Below, piece after piece: positions 41,834 to 55,170 of a DNA stretch of 64,000 nucleotides. Made by a program: the position numbers and the translations under genes. Under the pieces are notes generated by a model, which saw only the letters and a program-made list of their open reading frames with translations, did not search any database and was not told where the DNA came from. Numbering within the stretch: the first letter of the stretch is position 1; every line of letters starts with the position of its first letter. Source of the stretch: Epithemia pelagica (Eukaryota > Protista > Bacillariophyta); the NCBI GenBank assembly GCA_946965045.2, contig OX337229.1, positions 4,526,001-4,590,000 of the forward strand. The letters are read 5' to 3'.

Positions 41834-42493
41834 AGAGAAGAAAACGAGGGTTACCTACCTCGATGGAGAAAAAAGTAGGAGTAATCTACAATAGCAATAT
41901 GGGTTGCGGTTGCAGGGGTGCGGGATGCGGGAGATGGGGAACGGGAACGGGACGCCTGTGAGACATAGTTGGAAGTCTTTTCAGTCATTTCTCGTGGCAA
42001 CCCCACTGGGCCTAAACTCTGAGGATTGAATGGAAATTCTTTTGTGTCTGTGTTAGCTCATATACTCTTCAGCGGTTCAAATATCTTGGTCTGGGATCGA
42101 TGGATATTGGATGTTGGATGGAGCGGTGCTTGCTGGGTCAACGAGGGTTGCAATAGACCACACGCTCACTCCAGTCCAAGTCCAAGGGGAACGAGTAATA
42201 GACATTTGATTCCTCATTGACCGACTTTCGCTTCTTGAATCTCGGGAGTGCAGACGCTGGTATCGACAACATCTTCCTCAGGTTCATTCAGACGAGATCG
42301 ATTGTTGGACTGGAAGAGACATTGTAGGAGTTGTCACAAACCAAGGGACGCACTCTACTGGGATCCCGCCTATGGAATCGGGGCCATCCTATTTGTTGAG
42401 GAGACTTAAACCGAATATTTTCAGAGTCATAGACACCTGGTAGCTTTGACGAATTCGTAAGAGTTTCTTGTGGAAGAAGATCCGATCAAAACC

Positions 42494-44486
42494 ATGAAAA
42501 TGGAACAGGCGCCACCCGCACCCCCAAGGGAACACTCTCCCCAACTATACATGACACCACAGCTACAGAGGAGAAGAGATGGTTTGTGTCCAGGACTTTT
42601 CTTACTATCGCAAGATAGCAGAAGCCGACAATCTCCTGGTGGTATGTCAAAGGACTATAGAACAAATTCCAAGCTGCTTCTACAAATTGAAGAACGAGAA
42701 GGAATTCCACGGGAGATACTGGAGCTTCAAACAGTTGTCGACTCCGTTAGTGCAGCGTTGAAAGAGTTTGTATCGAACCGGCGCGAAGTGATCAGCTTGG
42801 ATTTTGTTCCCAAGGGTTGTGTATGGATAATAGAGCTCAATTCTGGAGTTGGCGAAGCCGATGAAAACTATCGACTCGAAGTTAGAGTGTTGGCGAATGA
42901 TATTAATGGCATAACAAATTATGTGGCAGAAACGGCTCTCCAACCAAAAGCAAGCATGAACGCAATGGCTCCACCACTTTCAGGGGCGAAAGAAGCGAAG
43001 CCTGTGTTTGATCTTCTTTGTATTGCTGTCAGAAAGAGTATTGTGAGATTGGAGTTTCCCGAGTTTCCGGAGGGCTGCAAAGGGGTTTCTTTCCGAGAAA
43101 TTTATCAGCTCAATGCTCGGGTACGTGATGTTGGGGGAGTTCGCTCACAGGTTCTATGGTGAACCTCTCTTCTATCTTATCTAACAAGTTCTGTTCACGT
43201 TTGTGTTGCAGCTTAAGTCTGGTTCATTTGCAACTGTATGCCGCGGTACTCATCGTGCCACCGGACGAAAGGTCGCTATCAAGTGTGTTTTACGGAAAGA
43301 CTTACCGCCATCTGATGATGCAGCTATCTACGATGAAGTCGCTATTCTTGCGAGTTTAAATCACCCACATATTGTTCCGATAATAGACTTTTTCGATGAG
43401 AAAGACTGTTATTTCATTGTTATGGAACTCATGAGCGGAGGGGACCTCTTCGATCGCATCGGCCAAAAGAAATCTTACTCGGAGGCAGACGCACGAGACC
43501 TAATTGTTAAAATGTTGAAGGCCGTTGCTTATTGTCACATCCGACAGATAGCACACTGCGACATGAAACCCAAGAACCTGTTGCTGATGTCCGATGACAA
43601 CGACTCCTACATCAAACTGGCTGATTTTGGTTTCTCGGCCCGTGTCCATGAACCCAAGTCACTTACGAAACAGTGCGGAACACCCTTCTTTGTTGCACCA
43701 GAAATTCTTTTGCGAAAAGGCTACGATCAGCAGTCGGATATGTGGAGTGTAGGCTGCATTATCTTTTTGTTGTTGTCCGGACAGCTGCCTTTCATGGGTC
43801 GAAGCCAGAAAGAATTATTTCGCAAGATTGTTGCTGGAAAATTCGAATTCAGTGACAAAGAGTGGGAAGGAGTCTCGGATGAAGCACGAGACTTGGTTAC
43901 GGGGTTGCTAGTTCTCGATCCTGATCAGAGATTAACGGCCGCACAAGCTGTTCGACATCGGTGGTTGAAGGCATCAAGACAGAGTCTCAGCTTGATCAAT
44001 TTGCAAAATACGTCTCAACGTTTGAAGATATTCAATGCTCGTATGAAACTCAGATCGGCCGTAATTGCTGTGGACTGGGTCAGTAGTTTGAAACGAATGT
44101 CATGGATATCAAGTCGAAATATGGGAAATTTTTCAGATGACGCATCCGTTGGATCTGCGACATCACGGGGATCGGAACGCCTTCTTGCAGTCGCAGCAAT
44201 GGGACGGCGACGGATGGAGAGCGATGACAATAGCAGTGATCTCGATTCTGGAGGAAAGATTGGAGGATCCAAGCGGCGATCTAAAGTCACGTCGAGCAAC
44301 GGCGGAAAGTCTAGCGAGCGGAGAAGTAGCTCTACCCATAGCGGCAGGAGTGGAGATTCTGGAGGTAGCGGCGGGAAAGGCACAAGCGGAAAGTCAAGCA
44401 CTCACAGCAGCAGCAAAGTGGGAAGCAGCAGCAGAACTGGGAAACCGAAGTCGTCTGTATCGAGGAAGAAGAAAACTGATATTTGA
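42494..44486 (+). CDS. CaMK-group Ser/Thr protein kinase with N-terminal extension, 2 exons
   Basis: VAIK, HCDMKPKNLL, DFG, GTPFFVAPE and DMWSVG; CaMKII-like regulatory segment LKIFNARMKLRSAV. Intron 43121-43211. Confidence 0.93.
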
Positions 44487-44930
44487 TACGGCACACTTAC
44501 TCTGAGAAATGACCGAAAGACAGCTTTTTGGTAGCCCAGCAGTCGAACACTATTTTGGTTGCTACGATGAACGAAAAGTTCGGACGAGCTTTGGCTGTGC
44601 TTTAGCTGTTCTCTGATTCCATGCCTTTCCACGGCCAGCGACACGAACTTAGCGAAGGACGCCGGTGAATCGGATATTTCTAGTTGTCGCTGTTGTAGTT
44701 CGCTTATTAAACTAATCGACGCACTGCCGCAATTGTTTCGTTTTACTCCTCTAGGAGTCGATAGATGAATATTAGGAGTAGTTGGGACGTAGATAAACCC
44801 AACTACCTGCTACATGACCTCGAACCTTCTTAAGGACCAGCTGCGTTGCCACAGGCAGGGCGTACATCCATCCACGACGTCGCACCACAAAATCCGAATT
44901 GCCCCAATTTGCGTTTCTTGCATACAGACC

Positions 44931-46196
44931 ATGAGATTGAAGAGATCGCTGTGGTTGTGGGTTCCGTTGCAACTATCCCTGAACAGTACTGTCGCCTTTC
45001 TGTATGAGAAGGCAAAACACGAAGTCCACTTACATCTCATGCAACCCATTTCAGTCTCATCTTCTCGGAACCAGCGACAGAGTGCCTTCGGTCCACTAGC
45101 GACAGGACGAACAGGACGAACAGGACGAAGTGATTTTGAAAAAGACCGCTTTTCCAATGAATCTCAAAACCTAGCCTCAAGTGAAATTCGCAAAGAGCGG
45201 TGGTCACAGGTTGGTTCCTTCAAGGAGCCATCCTTGGAAACTCAGCTTTCCTACGCGCGGAACGGCCACACTGTGTTGAGGAGTATATTGGATCGTCAAT
45301 TACTTTTACGAAAGGTTCGTCCATCGCTTCTGGACCACGCGCAGAAGAAAGAACTCGAAGCATGGAAGCAAAAGGTGGAGGTCGCCCTTGGATCTGGAGC
45401 GCCAAGATCTTGTAAAACTGTTGCACAATGTCGCCATCACTTTGAGCGTCACTTTGGTTCCAAGGACGTTTCAATACCTTTCTTACAATACTTTAACAAC
45501 TGGCGAGTCCTACACGACGTCGAGATATTGGCAAAAAGTGAACTTTTGGCTAGAACGGCAGCTTGTCTAATGAATGTTCAGACAGTCCGTCTTTACCAGG
45601 ATTCTCTGTTTTGGAAAAGAGCAGGCGACGGTCCGACACCGTGGCACGTGGATGCTCGAATGGCACCGTTTGATACCACAAATATGATCACGTTTTGGAT
45701 ACCACTACAAGACCTTCCGTCACACGAAGATTCAGCGCTTGTTTTCTGTTCCGCTAGTCATTGTGATTTTGCTCTTCCGTACTGGCACCCCCCTCCGAAC
45801 GAAGAGGACAGTGAATCTGAGTGGAATCGTCTGGAGCAACGCTATGGCCCTGATGCTATTGTTGACTACTTGCCACTTCAGGCTGGAGACGCCACGGTTC
45901 ATTCAGGATGGACTCTTCACTGTGCAGACGCAAACACAAGCGGAAAAGGAAGAGATCGACTCGCCTTGGCCATCACTTATGTTGACGGATCCGCACCCGT
46001 CCGTCATGGTGCTGTTGAAGCTGCTTCGAAGAACTCTGGCAGGGGTGATAATGAAGATGCATGGAGCTATAGGGATTGGGTCGGCGAAGTTGAACCGCAG
46101 AAAAGGAAGTTTTCTCATGAACTGGTACCTATTGTTTGGCCTACTCGCAAGTCCAAACCGCCATCTAAGAAAACGCTTAAACGAAAGAAAGCGTGA
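44931..46196 (+). CDS. Phytanoyl-CoA dioxygenase (PhyH)-family 2OG-Fe(II) oxygenase with N-terminal targeting sequence
   Basis: LYQDSLFWK...TPWHVD (HxD), ITFWIPL, and GDATVHSGWTLH (distal His). Confidence 0.85.
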   Translation: MRLKRSLWLWVPLQLSLNSTVAFLYEKAKHEVHLHLMQPISVSSSRNQRQSAFGPLATGRTGRTGRSDFEKDRFSNESQNLASSEIRKERWSQVGSFKEPSLETQLSYARNGHTVLRSILDRQLLLRKVRPSLLDHAQKKELEAWKQKVEVALGSGAPRSCKTVAQCRHHFERHFGSKDVSIPFLQYFNNWRVLHDVEILAKSELLARTAACLMNVQTVRLYQDSLFWKRAGDGPTPWHVDARMAPFDTTNMITFWIPLQDLPSHEDSALVFCSASHCDFALPYWHPPPNEEDSESEWNRLEQRYGPDAIVDYLPLQAGDATVHSGWTLHCADANTSGKGRDRLALAITYVDGSAPVRHGAVEAASKNSGRGDNEDAWSYRDWVGEVEPQKRKFSHELVPIVWPTRKSKPPSKKTLKRKKA

Positions 46197-47429
46197 CACG
46201 ATGGGACGAGATCCTCACGACCAATGATGCTGGAATGAACAGAACGAGTAACCCATTGTTCTTCGCAGGCACTACGGATGACACATCCCTCCCCTAACCA
46301 GTGTGGTCTTGCAATGGATGGCCCGTCTCTCGGGAGCTGGTTGTCGTTCACCATCGGCTTCAAGCGAACAAAGACACGGACTACCACATTGGAATAGAAG
46401 GCCAAGGTGGGTCTTTTCGATCATGCGTCTAAGGTCGTTTTTCTAGGAGAAGATTACACTATCTATGTCCACCTAACACTCCGTTCTACTCCTATTGTAC
46501 GTATCCTTACTCCTAGGAGTTGCAGGTAGGAGTAGATGGTGGTCAATAGCACAGACAGAACTCATTCGTACAGACAGTCGGTCAGTCAGCTTCAGAGAGT
46601 ACAATAGGAATAGAGATAAGTAAGCTCACATAAAACGAAGAATACAATGCAATCAATAGGGAAATTGCCTGCGCGTGCCCGCGCCGTACCTGCCACAAAA
46701 GAAATCGAACAAACTGACAATCAGCGACATAGTTTTCCGTTAAAGGGGTCGCTCGTAAAGAATAGTTAGGCTAATTATGTGATTTCGCTAACAACCAAAC
46801 GGACACATTTCCAATATAATCATCAGAACTGAAGTGTTATATAAATGCTCAAAATCGTTCATAATCGTTCACTTATTCCAGCTGCGCCGCACACGTTCAG
46901 ATGCCAAACCGCGCCGGGAGACGCTCTCTTCTCTCCTCACTCAACGCTCAACGGGCCTACACACAATTGAAAAACCTTTAATCGTCTCCAATCAAACGGA
47001 CATCAACTATAATCAACGCTCGTTCCAACATCCTCAACCACCGTTTCCTGATCCCAACGAATAGGAAAGCATTGATCCTCCTGTTTAGCCAGCAACGGAA
47101 GTTGGGTGCACCTGGATGAAATACTCGTGAGACTAAGTCGAAACCATTACAGAGGTGCGTTCGATTCCAATTCTCTACACCGTGGAGACTCCAGTTACCC
47201 TGTGTTTGATAAGAGAGTGTGCTAGAATGTGACTTCTGTTATTGAGCATCTCCGATCACGAACCATATCATGAAATGTGTTATCGGAGTAGCTCCGGAAA
47301 GCAACAGCTGGTGCTTCGATACGCAATGGAGAGGTGTTATCTTCCCAATGTATTGGAAGGAATTTCATTCCCGCCCGTTCGATGTCTCGCATGAAATAAA
47401 CATGTGTGAAAATGACGAACCACGAATCT

Positions 47430-50400
47430 ATGACGAGACTCAGAAAACTCACGCTTTCGGTTGAATCTCACAACAGAAACCTCAGCTCTCAGTTGAACGG
47501 CCTCATGACAACAATGGAGGATCCAACTGCCAGTGCGTCGAAGTCACAAGCAGAAGTGAACAAGCCCTCATCGTCCTCCATAGGTGCAATGAATCAACCA
47601 ACAGCTTCGGAGACAGTGCCCATCGTTCCTGTCAAAGCGACGGCAGGTTTAACCAACCAGACCGAGCCTGATACGCCGAAGTCCAGTTTGCCGCCTGCTG
47701 TTATAACTGTAGACACTTCCAAAGGTGACGATAAAAGCAACCAACAACAGCCTTCCTCCGCCTCGCGGCGTACGCACCATGAGCCGCCTTTCCATGGCGA
47801 AGCGGAAGGACGGACCCCAAAACATGCCAACAAAGCCTCAAATTCGGAACAAAGGATTGAACCCGAGAAGAACGACTCCGAAAACAAGCGACAAGGAGCG
47901 TTTTTCCCTCCTCGCCCATTCGAAGGACGGATGGGAGGAGGACCCACGGGGGCATTCCAGCCGCATACGCGAACTGGTCACCATGGCTCTGGCCCGGTCC
48001 AAGTTTCTCCTCAATCGGGGCGGTATTACTCCAACTATCCTTCAGGTCCATTCCAGCAAGGGCCATACGAGAGAAGCGTACATGATTTCCCCCCTCGTCT
48101 ATCATATGGACAACAACAGCAGCAGTTCCCCGGTATGTTCCCTCCACCGTTCCAACAACAAGGAGGTTTTTCCCAGCAACAGCAACATCATTGGACTCAG
48201 CCACCACAATTTCACGGCCGGCCACCTCCTTATCCACCTCAACACGGCATTATGGTAAACCAGTATCCATCGCAAGGTCCTACCCAACAACAGTCTCATC
48301 CAGGTGTCAGCAATGGTCCCGTAACTAGTGGAGACAGTGCATTTAGTCGAGCCGTCTCAAGCTCCTTCGACAGGAGTGTGAAATCGCGAAATTCTGACGA
48401 AAAAGTAACAGGGACGCATCAAATGGAACAAGACACACAAGGGCACTATGGTTCATCCATGATGAATGGAGACGGAGGGTCCATATCTGATGATGGTTCG
48501 TGGAAACAATTAAATCAAATTCAGTCTGTCGATGAAGAAGAAATCCGCAAGAGAATCGCAGATAAGACCGATCCTCCAGGGCAACGTAAACCCTCGAACG
48601 TCAAACCTGCGGGCTCCAACAGTAGTAGTTTAACAAACTCCCCCACAGACGGTGTTGGTAAGAAACCATTGCTATCAGGCCCGCCCAAGATGACCTCGTC
48701 ATTAGATTCATTGGCATCAGTTTCCTCTGCCCAAGCACCACTAAAAACACCGCAGGATGACAAGCTTATGAGCCCCGCCGAACAGTCTCTTGATTTGATG
48801 AAGTGTTCAAGTGGAAGTAGTGCTCTTCTCTTGCCCCCCGCAAGTGCTGGAAATCAAGCAATGCAATCGCACAACACTTCGGAGGGTGAAGGGAAGCGAA
48901 GCAGTAGCGAAGGAAGAGATGAGACTGAAGGCGACCAGAAAGAAGACATGATTAAGCGACCCTCGAAAAAGGGTCGTACTGGGGCAGGAGAGGGGAAGAA
49001 AAGCCCTTTGTCGATTGCATGCAGCCCGTCAGTCGATCCACATGATGAGAACAAAGAAAAGGCTCAATCCGAAAATCTGGCGTACTCCTCGAAGGAAAGC
49101 TTTTATGACAAACCGCTTTCATACTCTTACTCCATTGAGTCTGTTAACGGGCGAGGTGAGTTTCCTCCAATGATAAATAATCGCCCCCAGTCGTCTGCAT
49201 CTTCTACAGGAACACCGATGCAAGTTGTTCCTTCAAGTGGAGAACGTAACGTCCCCTCGCGTCAAGGAATGACGCAGGTGCCATCATGGGAGATTCATGG
49301 ACAAGACAGTTTTGGGGGACAGAGTTCAGGGAATCCGCTCGCTCCGTCGTTTTCTTTTTCACACGAGTATCCCGGTTCTGTACCTCCATCAGCACCCGAA
49401 CTTGCCCCTCACGCTCATATAGTTCGGTATGGTGACCGCCCCATTGAATCGAGAAATCAATCTTTCGACAATGGTCAGTATCACGGTAGTTTTAGTCGTG
49501 CGGAGACAATGAGCTTCGAAAGCAGGGGACAGGCTTCTGTTCCAGAGCAACGGCAAGGTTACCAAGGCCATTTCCCACCTCATGCCCCGTCCTGGGGATC
49601 AGCTGGTAGTTATCCTCATCCATCTGGCTACACGGTACAGCATCCACCTCAATACAGAATGACGATGCAACCAATGATTATGCGAAGCTTTTCACAGGAC
49701 TCTGAGAGAATTCATGCCTTCCAACCACCCTCTGAGTTCCAGGCACCACCGACAAACATTAATAGGAACAGAACCCGAAAAGAAACACATATTATGACCA
49801 CCCCGTTTGAACCAAGCAAAACAGGAGTGTTTGGTTGGACTAAAGAGGAGGATATGCGTTTGACTGAAATCATGAAGAAATATAAGAATCCGCGTGATTG
49901 GGAACCAATTGCAAAAGAGCTTGATAGAAACCGAAGGTGAGTTTGTCGTGCATCAAAGAGATTCGCTGACAATGGTATTTTCTAAACTTGTTTTGTTACA
50001 GTGCTAAGGAATGCCACGAGCGCTGGATTCGGTACTTGAAACCAGGTGTCCGGAAGGGACAGTGGACGGATCAGGAGGACGAAATTGTCATGGAGGCAGT
50101 GACATCCTCCAAAGAGCAACCATTTACGAGATGGTCGGATTTGGCTCAACGGCTTCCCGGTCGCGTGGGGAAACAGATCCGGGATCGTTGGGTGAATCAT
50201 TTAAACCCGAACATTAATCATTTGCCATTCTCGAAAGAAGATGATCTGCTTCTATGGGAAGGACATCAAAAGGTCGGCAAAAGATGGGTTGAAATCGCAA
50301 CAAAGTTCTTCAAAGGGTCGCGTTCAGAAAACCACATCAAGAATCGTTGGTACTCAGCTTCTTTCAAAAAGTTTATTTCCAATGAGTACGGGGCGCACGC

Positions 50401-50506
50401 CTACAATGCCAAAACCACGGGGCCTAGGTCTCCGAAGAAGGATGCCAAGAAGAAACAGGGGAAAAGAGATGCAGACGAGGACTCCACTTTTTCGGTTGGT
50501 GTTTAA
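47430..50506 (+). CDS. R1R2R3-Myb transcription factor, 2 exons
   Basis: Three Myb repeats at the C-terminus (WTKEED...W..IA...ECHERW; GQWTDQED...RW; FSKEDD...RWVEIA...IKNRW). Intron 49937-50001. Long Ser/Pro/Gln-rich N-terminus; start codon uncertain. Confidence 0.92.
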
Positions 50507-50786
50507 TCGATATTCGTTGAGAATCTTTTCGTCGCCATTGTAACTTGTAATAGAGGATTTCAATCAAAATATCATTGTCAAGTGTCATATCTTCCGCTTG
50601 GATACCCGGGTATGTTATCCGCGACCTATAACGACACGGGACGCCGAAAGATCGCTCTAATGTCGCACAACTTTTATTATTGGTTTGTGATTTTTGTGAT
50701 TGCCCATGAACATCTAAAACGCATCTACTCGAACGCCCGCTATTCCGCATACTTGTTCTCCTCTTATTGAGAGCTACAAGACGACA

Positions 50787-51548
50787 ATGCTTCACCCACG
50801 CTATTGGAAGGCCGTGATTATCTTATCGTTTCAGGGAATATTAACACTTTCTTCGCTGTGTTTCGGTCTACAAAGTAATTGGCCAACCAACTCTACTTCA
50901 AATTTCGGAATCATCAACGGTAACTTCCCCTCACATAGCCATCACATCAGACGTCGTTTTGTCGGGAATTCCAAAGGGGTTGGATTCACTCGCTCGGTTG
51001 AGTACTTCCCATCGAATCCAGAAGCCTTTGTCCTTGTAGAAGTCGAGCCTCGCACGGCATGTCGCCAAGCTGACCAGTATGGTGACAATGATTGCCATTT
51101 CTCATGGGGAACTCATTTTTCCATCACCTACGACCTTCGATTCGGACAGCAGATAACTGCGGATGACTACTTTGAAGGACACTTAATGGTAGGTACTTCA
51201 TTGATTGTTGAAAAAGAAACTGGTTTGGACAGTTTGGCCTCAATTTGTTCTCAATCATATTTTTGTTCTTAGTTTGATGGGCACGTTCCTTATAAATTCA
51301 AATGTGCACTTTGCGGGCAAGAGTGTGAACTCCATGTCCCTATCATTAATGCGGAAATAAAAATCCCAGTTGAAAAGTCTTGCCCCATTCCAGACGCCAC
51401 TGTAAAGAGGCGCATGGACTATCAGTTGTGGCGTCATTCCCCAACTGATGGCCTGATAACAACCAAAGCAGAAGGCTCAATAATTTTTGTTGAAGGCTCA
51501 ACAAAGACTACGCTTGCGGAGATACGACTAGATATATCCGTGACCTAA
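50787..51548 (+). CDS. Secreted Cys-containing hypothetical protein (possibly ML/lipid-recognition-like fold), 2 exons
   Basis: Signal peptide; intron 51189-51272 joins EGHLM|FDGHVPYKFKCALCGQEC...CPIP in frame to a TAA at 51546-51548. The fold assignment is an inference only. Confidence 0.65.
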
Positions 51549-51764
51549 GCAATTGTCTAAACCTCGTTGCTTCCACCTTTGGATACTGCGATACCCTGAA
51601 ACTGGTGACCGCATGTCCCTGTTTAAGTATTTGTAGACGAGCATGAGAGAATGATACACATAAATCTGTTTTGCGTTGACTTGGTTGAAGATCAGAGGAC
51701 GTGCATCTGGCAGACATCACCCAATCATAGAGACTGCGTGTTGTCCGTTTTCAATACACATATC

Positions 51765-52563
51765 CTATCCAGATCTAAGTCCGCCAATGAAGCCAACAGC
51801 AAAGCCGGTGCCACTAGGCATGTTGTACTGCAACACTTCCATCACTTTGTCCATGGCAATAGCGCGGTCCTTTTCGTCAATCTTTCCGTCCCCGTCCAAA
51901 TCTAGAAGACCTTCAACGTCTTGTTTGATCTTACTGTGGTCCACCTTAATATATCCATTGTAAGCCAGAGCTTGTAAGCAGACGAATCCCAAGCCTGAGT
52001 AGTTTGTAGCCCAATTTTGTAAGATAATGCACTGGGATCTCAAGATTCATGATTGCCATATTTCAACTCACCCAACACAGAAGCAGCAGCCTTGCCAGCC
52101 TTCTTAAGAGCAAATCCTGAACAGAAACCAGAAATAAATCCATATGATAGAGAGGTAGGAACTCCCGTATCTACCGCACCTTGGACCTGCATTGTATAAC
52201 ACACAGATTGTCGGAATGTCAGAAACGAGAACAGAAAGAAAAAGAATCTTAGGTGTTACGTGCCACTCGTGTAGCCTTGATTACAGAGAAATGCCAAGAT
52301 CAACATACCCGTGACCCTGCAACGGTGGCCACATCGTCCCAAAATTCAGCACTGGGAACACGGGACAATGTTGTCGTCCAATCGACGTTTCCGTCAGCAT
52401 CCTTGGCGAGAATTTCACCTTTCTTTTTCTCGCAGAGCGTTACCAATGGAGTAGTCGACCCAACCAAACCAGCAGCCATGACAACTCTACTGGCAAAGAC
52501 CCGAGATGACGAAGAAGACGACACTCGTTGAAAAGCTGTTTGTACGCTCTGGAATGCGTTCAT
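51765..52563 (-). CDS. FUN14 family mitochondrial outer-membrane protein, 3 exons
   Basis: Exons 52563-52309, 52185-52072 and 51994-51765 give GFISGFCSGFALKKAGKAAASVLGGLGFVCLQALAYNGYIKVD...GFAVGFIGG. Confidence 0.85.
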
Positions 52564-53367
52564 CGTCCTCGTTTGTGTTTTTCTTGCCAGGTCCACTCCA
52601 CTCCTATTTGCGTTGTCGGTTGTAGGTTGTACAATAGATTGTATTCCGCTGTTGGTCACGAATATACAAGACTGGAAAGTTACCCCACATCCACATCTCT
52701 TTGGTAGGAGCAGAACCTAAACTATGGCCTTCACTCTTTTTGCTTTTGCGGATTATGCGACGCTGTTGTTATGGACGGAAGTGGAAAGATCTTATCCCCA
52801 GCGCTGGAAATAAACACCCAATGGAAATAAACACCGACTGTCTCAATGGGAAATGGAATCTTTTTTGGTGACGAAACCGGAGAACTGCTTGGCAAAAACT
52901 GAGTGTGACATAGGCCCACTGCTTCCGTAGTTACTCCTATGCTGATTGTCTTCAGAGGTTGGAGTTGCACCTCGCCTCCCGATCCCCGATAGCTTCACAT
53001 ACAATCATTTGTAAGTTACAGATTCAGAGAGGAACAGGTAATATGCGAGTACAAGATCTACCGACACTGCTGGTGCTTCTTTGTGGCTCGTGTTCGACAT
53101 TCAATTGCGCCCTGTTGATTGTTCTGATTCAGATTTGTTAGCCGATCCACCAGCGACCGACAGGGCGAAGCACCAAACAGCAAGAATTGTGCACGCTACT
53201 TTGAACCCCTGCTGGACTGTATGGATAATGATTTCCTCTTATATTGGTTAGATTTCTCTATTTCTTAGGGGACGAGGAACTGCACATTTGTTGAACTGGA
53301 GGTCAATTTATTCGTCTCTCTCCATCCACGAAGCTTTCTCAATAATATGAACCAATTTCAACCATCT

Positions 53368-54143
53368 TTACACAACATTCTGAGGGTCCTCATTCTCGTT
53401 GGTAAGCCCGGCGGTAGGGGGTCGGTAAACCTCTACGGTTTCAGGCCAAGTCATAGCAACTCCGATATGTACTATGCCTCCAACAAGCCATCCCATTCCC
53501 GAGATCCAGTCCAAGCCTTTCACTCCTGATTCGTTGTCACCAGCCAGGCCCAGAGTCAGGAAAGCAATAAACACAAGGTAGAACCCTTTCGAATTGAGTC
53601 CATACATGAATCCAAAATTTTTCCTGTAACTCTTGTTGATTGCAGGGAAAGGTTGCCACCAGCACAATTCATACAAGAAGAGAATCATAGCAAAGATTGT
53701 CATGTAAATTCCAAGGAACAAATCAGTCAATTCGTCAATTTCAATAGTTGTGTTGATGCATGTCAAAATTCCCAGAGCACCCATCGCAGCTGCCAGGCAG
53801 ATGTTGGCGAGAGAAAGGAAGACAAGAAAGATACGCGCATTGCGTCTGCCCGTGGATCAATAAAAAAGAAAGAGGACGAATCAATGAATCTGTGAGCCCA
53901 GGGATGACTTGACAGTTTGTGATTTGATGATTCCCGAAATGAGCCGTTTCCAGTGAAACAAAGAGTAGGGTACAAGAAACAAGATTCAACAATGCTCCAT
54001 GCTCACCTTGAGTTTCCATCTTCTTTGTTTGAGCTACCAGTTGGAGCGACAGCAGAAACACCGGCACTCGTTCCTGCAGCCTCCGTTGATGTTTCTGTTC
54101 CCGTGGGCGGGGTTACCCAGTCCGGTTCTCCGTATGGCGCCAT
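53368..54143 (-). CDS. Small multi-pass membrane protein, COPI-associated/Tvp15-like, 2 exons
   Basis: Exon 54143-54007 plus exon 53845-53368 splice in frame; several TM helices with LGIYM..FA, NFGFMY and KGFYLVFIAFL. Confidence 0.75.
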
Positions 54144-54420
54144 TGTCTTGTATTGAAAACACAATTCCGAAATGGTCGACGAATGGAAGTTTTATTCGTT
54201 TGCCATGTTGGAGGGAGGCGAGCGCGAGATAGGACAAGATTGCGCGCGTGGCGAATGTATCCAATATCCGTAGCATACAGCATAAATCATAAGTTCACGA
54301 CACCGAAGGGGATGACTGTCCGTCGACCGGGCCGCGAAGGATGATGGATGATGTGATGGATGTGTTCCCACGTTCCCACAGAAAGTAGGAGACACCCAGC
54401 CCTCAGACTCAGAGGTCATC

Positions 54421-55170
54421 ATGTCGGCGCCTGATCGGAAAGACGCTGTCTTGTCATCTCGAAAAGATGAGGTTCCACTCGAGCCAAGGGGAGTTAATGA
54501 GATTGTGATGTCTCGGGCTTCAATTTCTAAGTATGACTACCGAAGTGCCATGCATCCGCCAATTCCGCCAAAAGATCCGTCACCATACAGCCTAGACCAA
54601 ATCACACGACAATCGCTACCCTTTTTCATGCCGTGGAAAACGACAGGTGGGCCCCAAGAACTTCCTCCAGATTTCTCGTGGCTTAGTAACTCATGCGGTG
54701 GAAAGGCCGCGATTGGAGTATTTGGCGGAGGCATAATGGGTTTACTTCTTGGAGTGTTCATGGGGGCGTTATCAGACGCCACGCCTCCGATCCAAGTGAT
54801 CGGAGGGAAAGAGGTTCCACAAGCACCCCTACGTGAACAAATGAGGGTTACTTTCAGGGCTACGGCAGATAAATCCCTTTATTGGTGTCGCAACTTTGCT
54901 TTTATTACGGGTGTTTTTGGAGGGTCAGAGTGTTTGGTGGAGAAATATCGGGGAAAGCACGATGTCTGGAATTCAGTCATGAGCGGATGTAAGTTACCAT
55001 GAAAAGAATGCGCACGATGCGTTGAAGATGCTCATCGACATTTCTCTTGGATTACAGGCATTACGGGCGCGGCGCTTCAGGCCAAGCAGGGACCCCAGGC
55101 AGCAGCAGTAGGATGTGGGGGCTTTGCCGCTTTCTCCTTAGTTATTGATAATTTCATGGGGCACTATTGA
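54421..55170 (+). CDS. TIM22: Mitochondrial inner-membrane translocase Tim22, 2 exons
   Basis: SCGGKA...GG.MG..LG.F, NFA.I.G.F.G.ECLVEKYRGKHD.WN...GCITG, GFAAFS.VID. Intron 54989-55057. Confidence 0.92.

Noticed and set aside
45103-45130. CAGGACGAA x3 tandem repeat
   Set aside because: Short in-frame coding microrepeat (GRT units) in the low-complexity N-terminal region of the PhyH gene.
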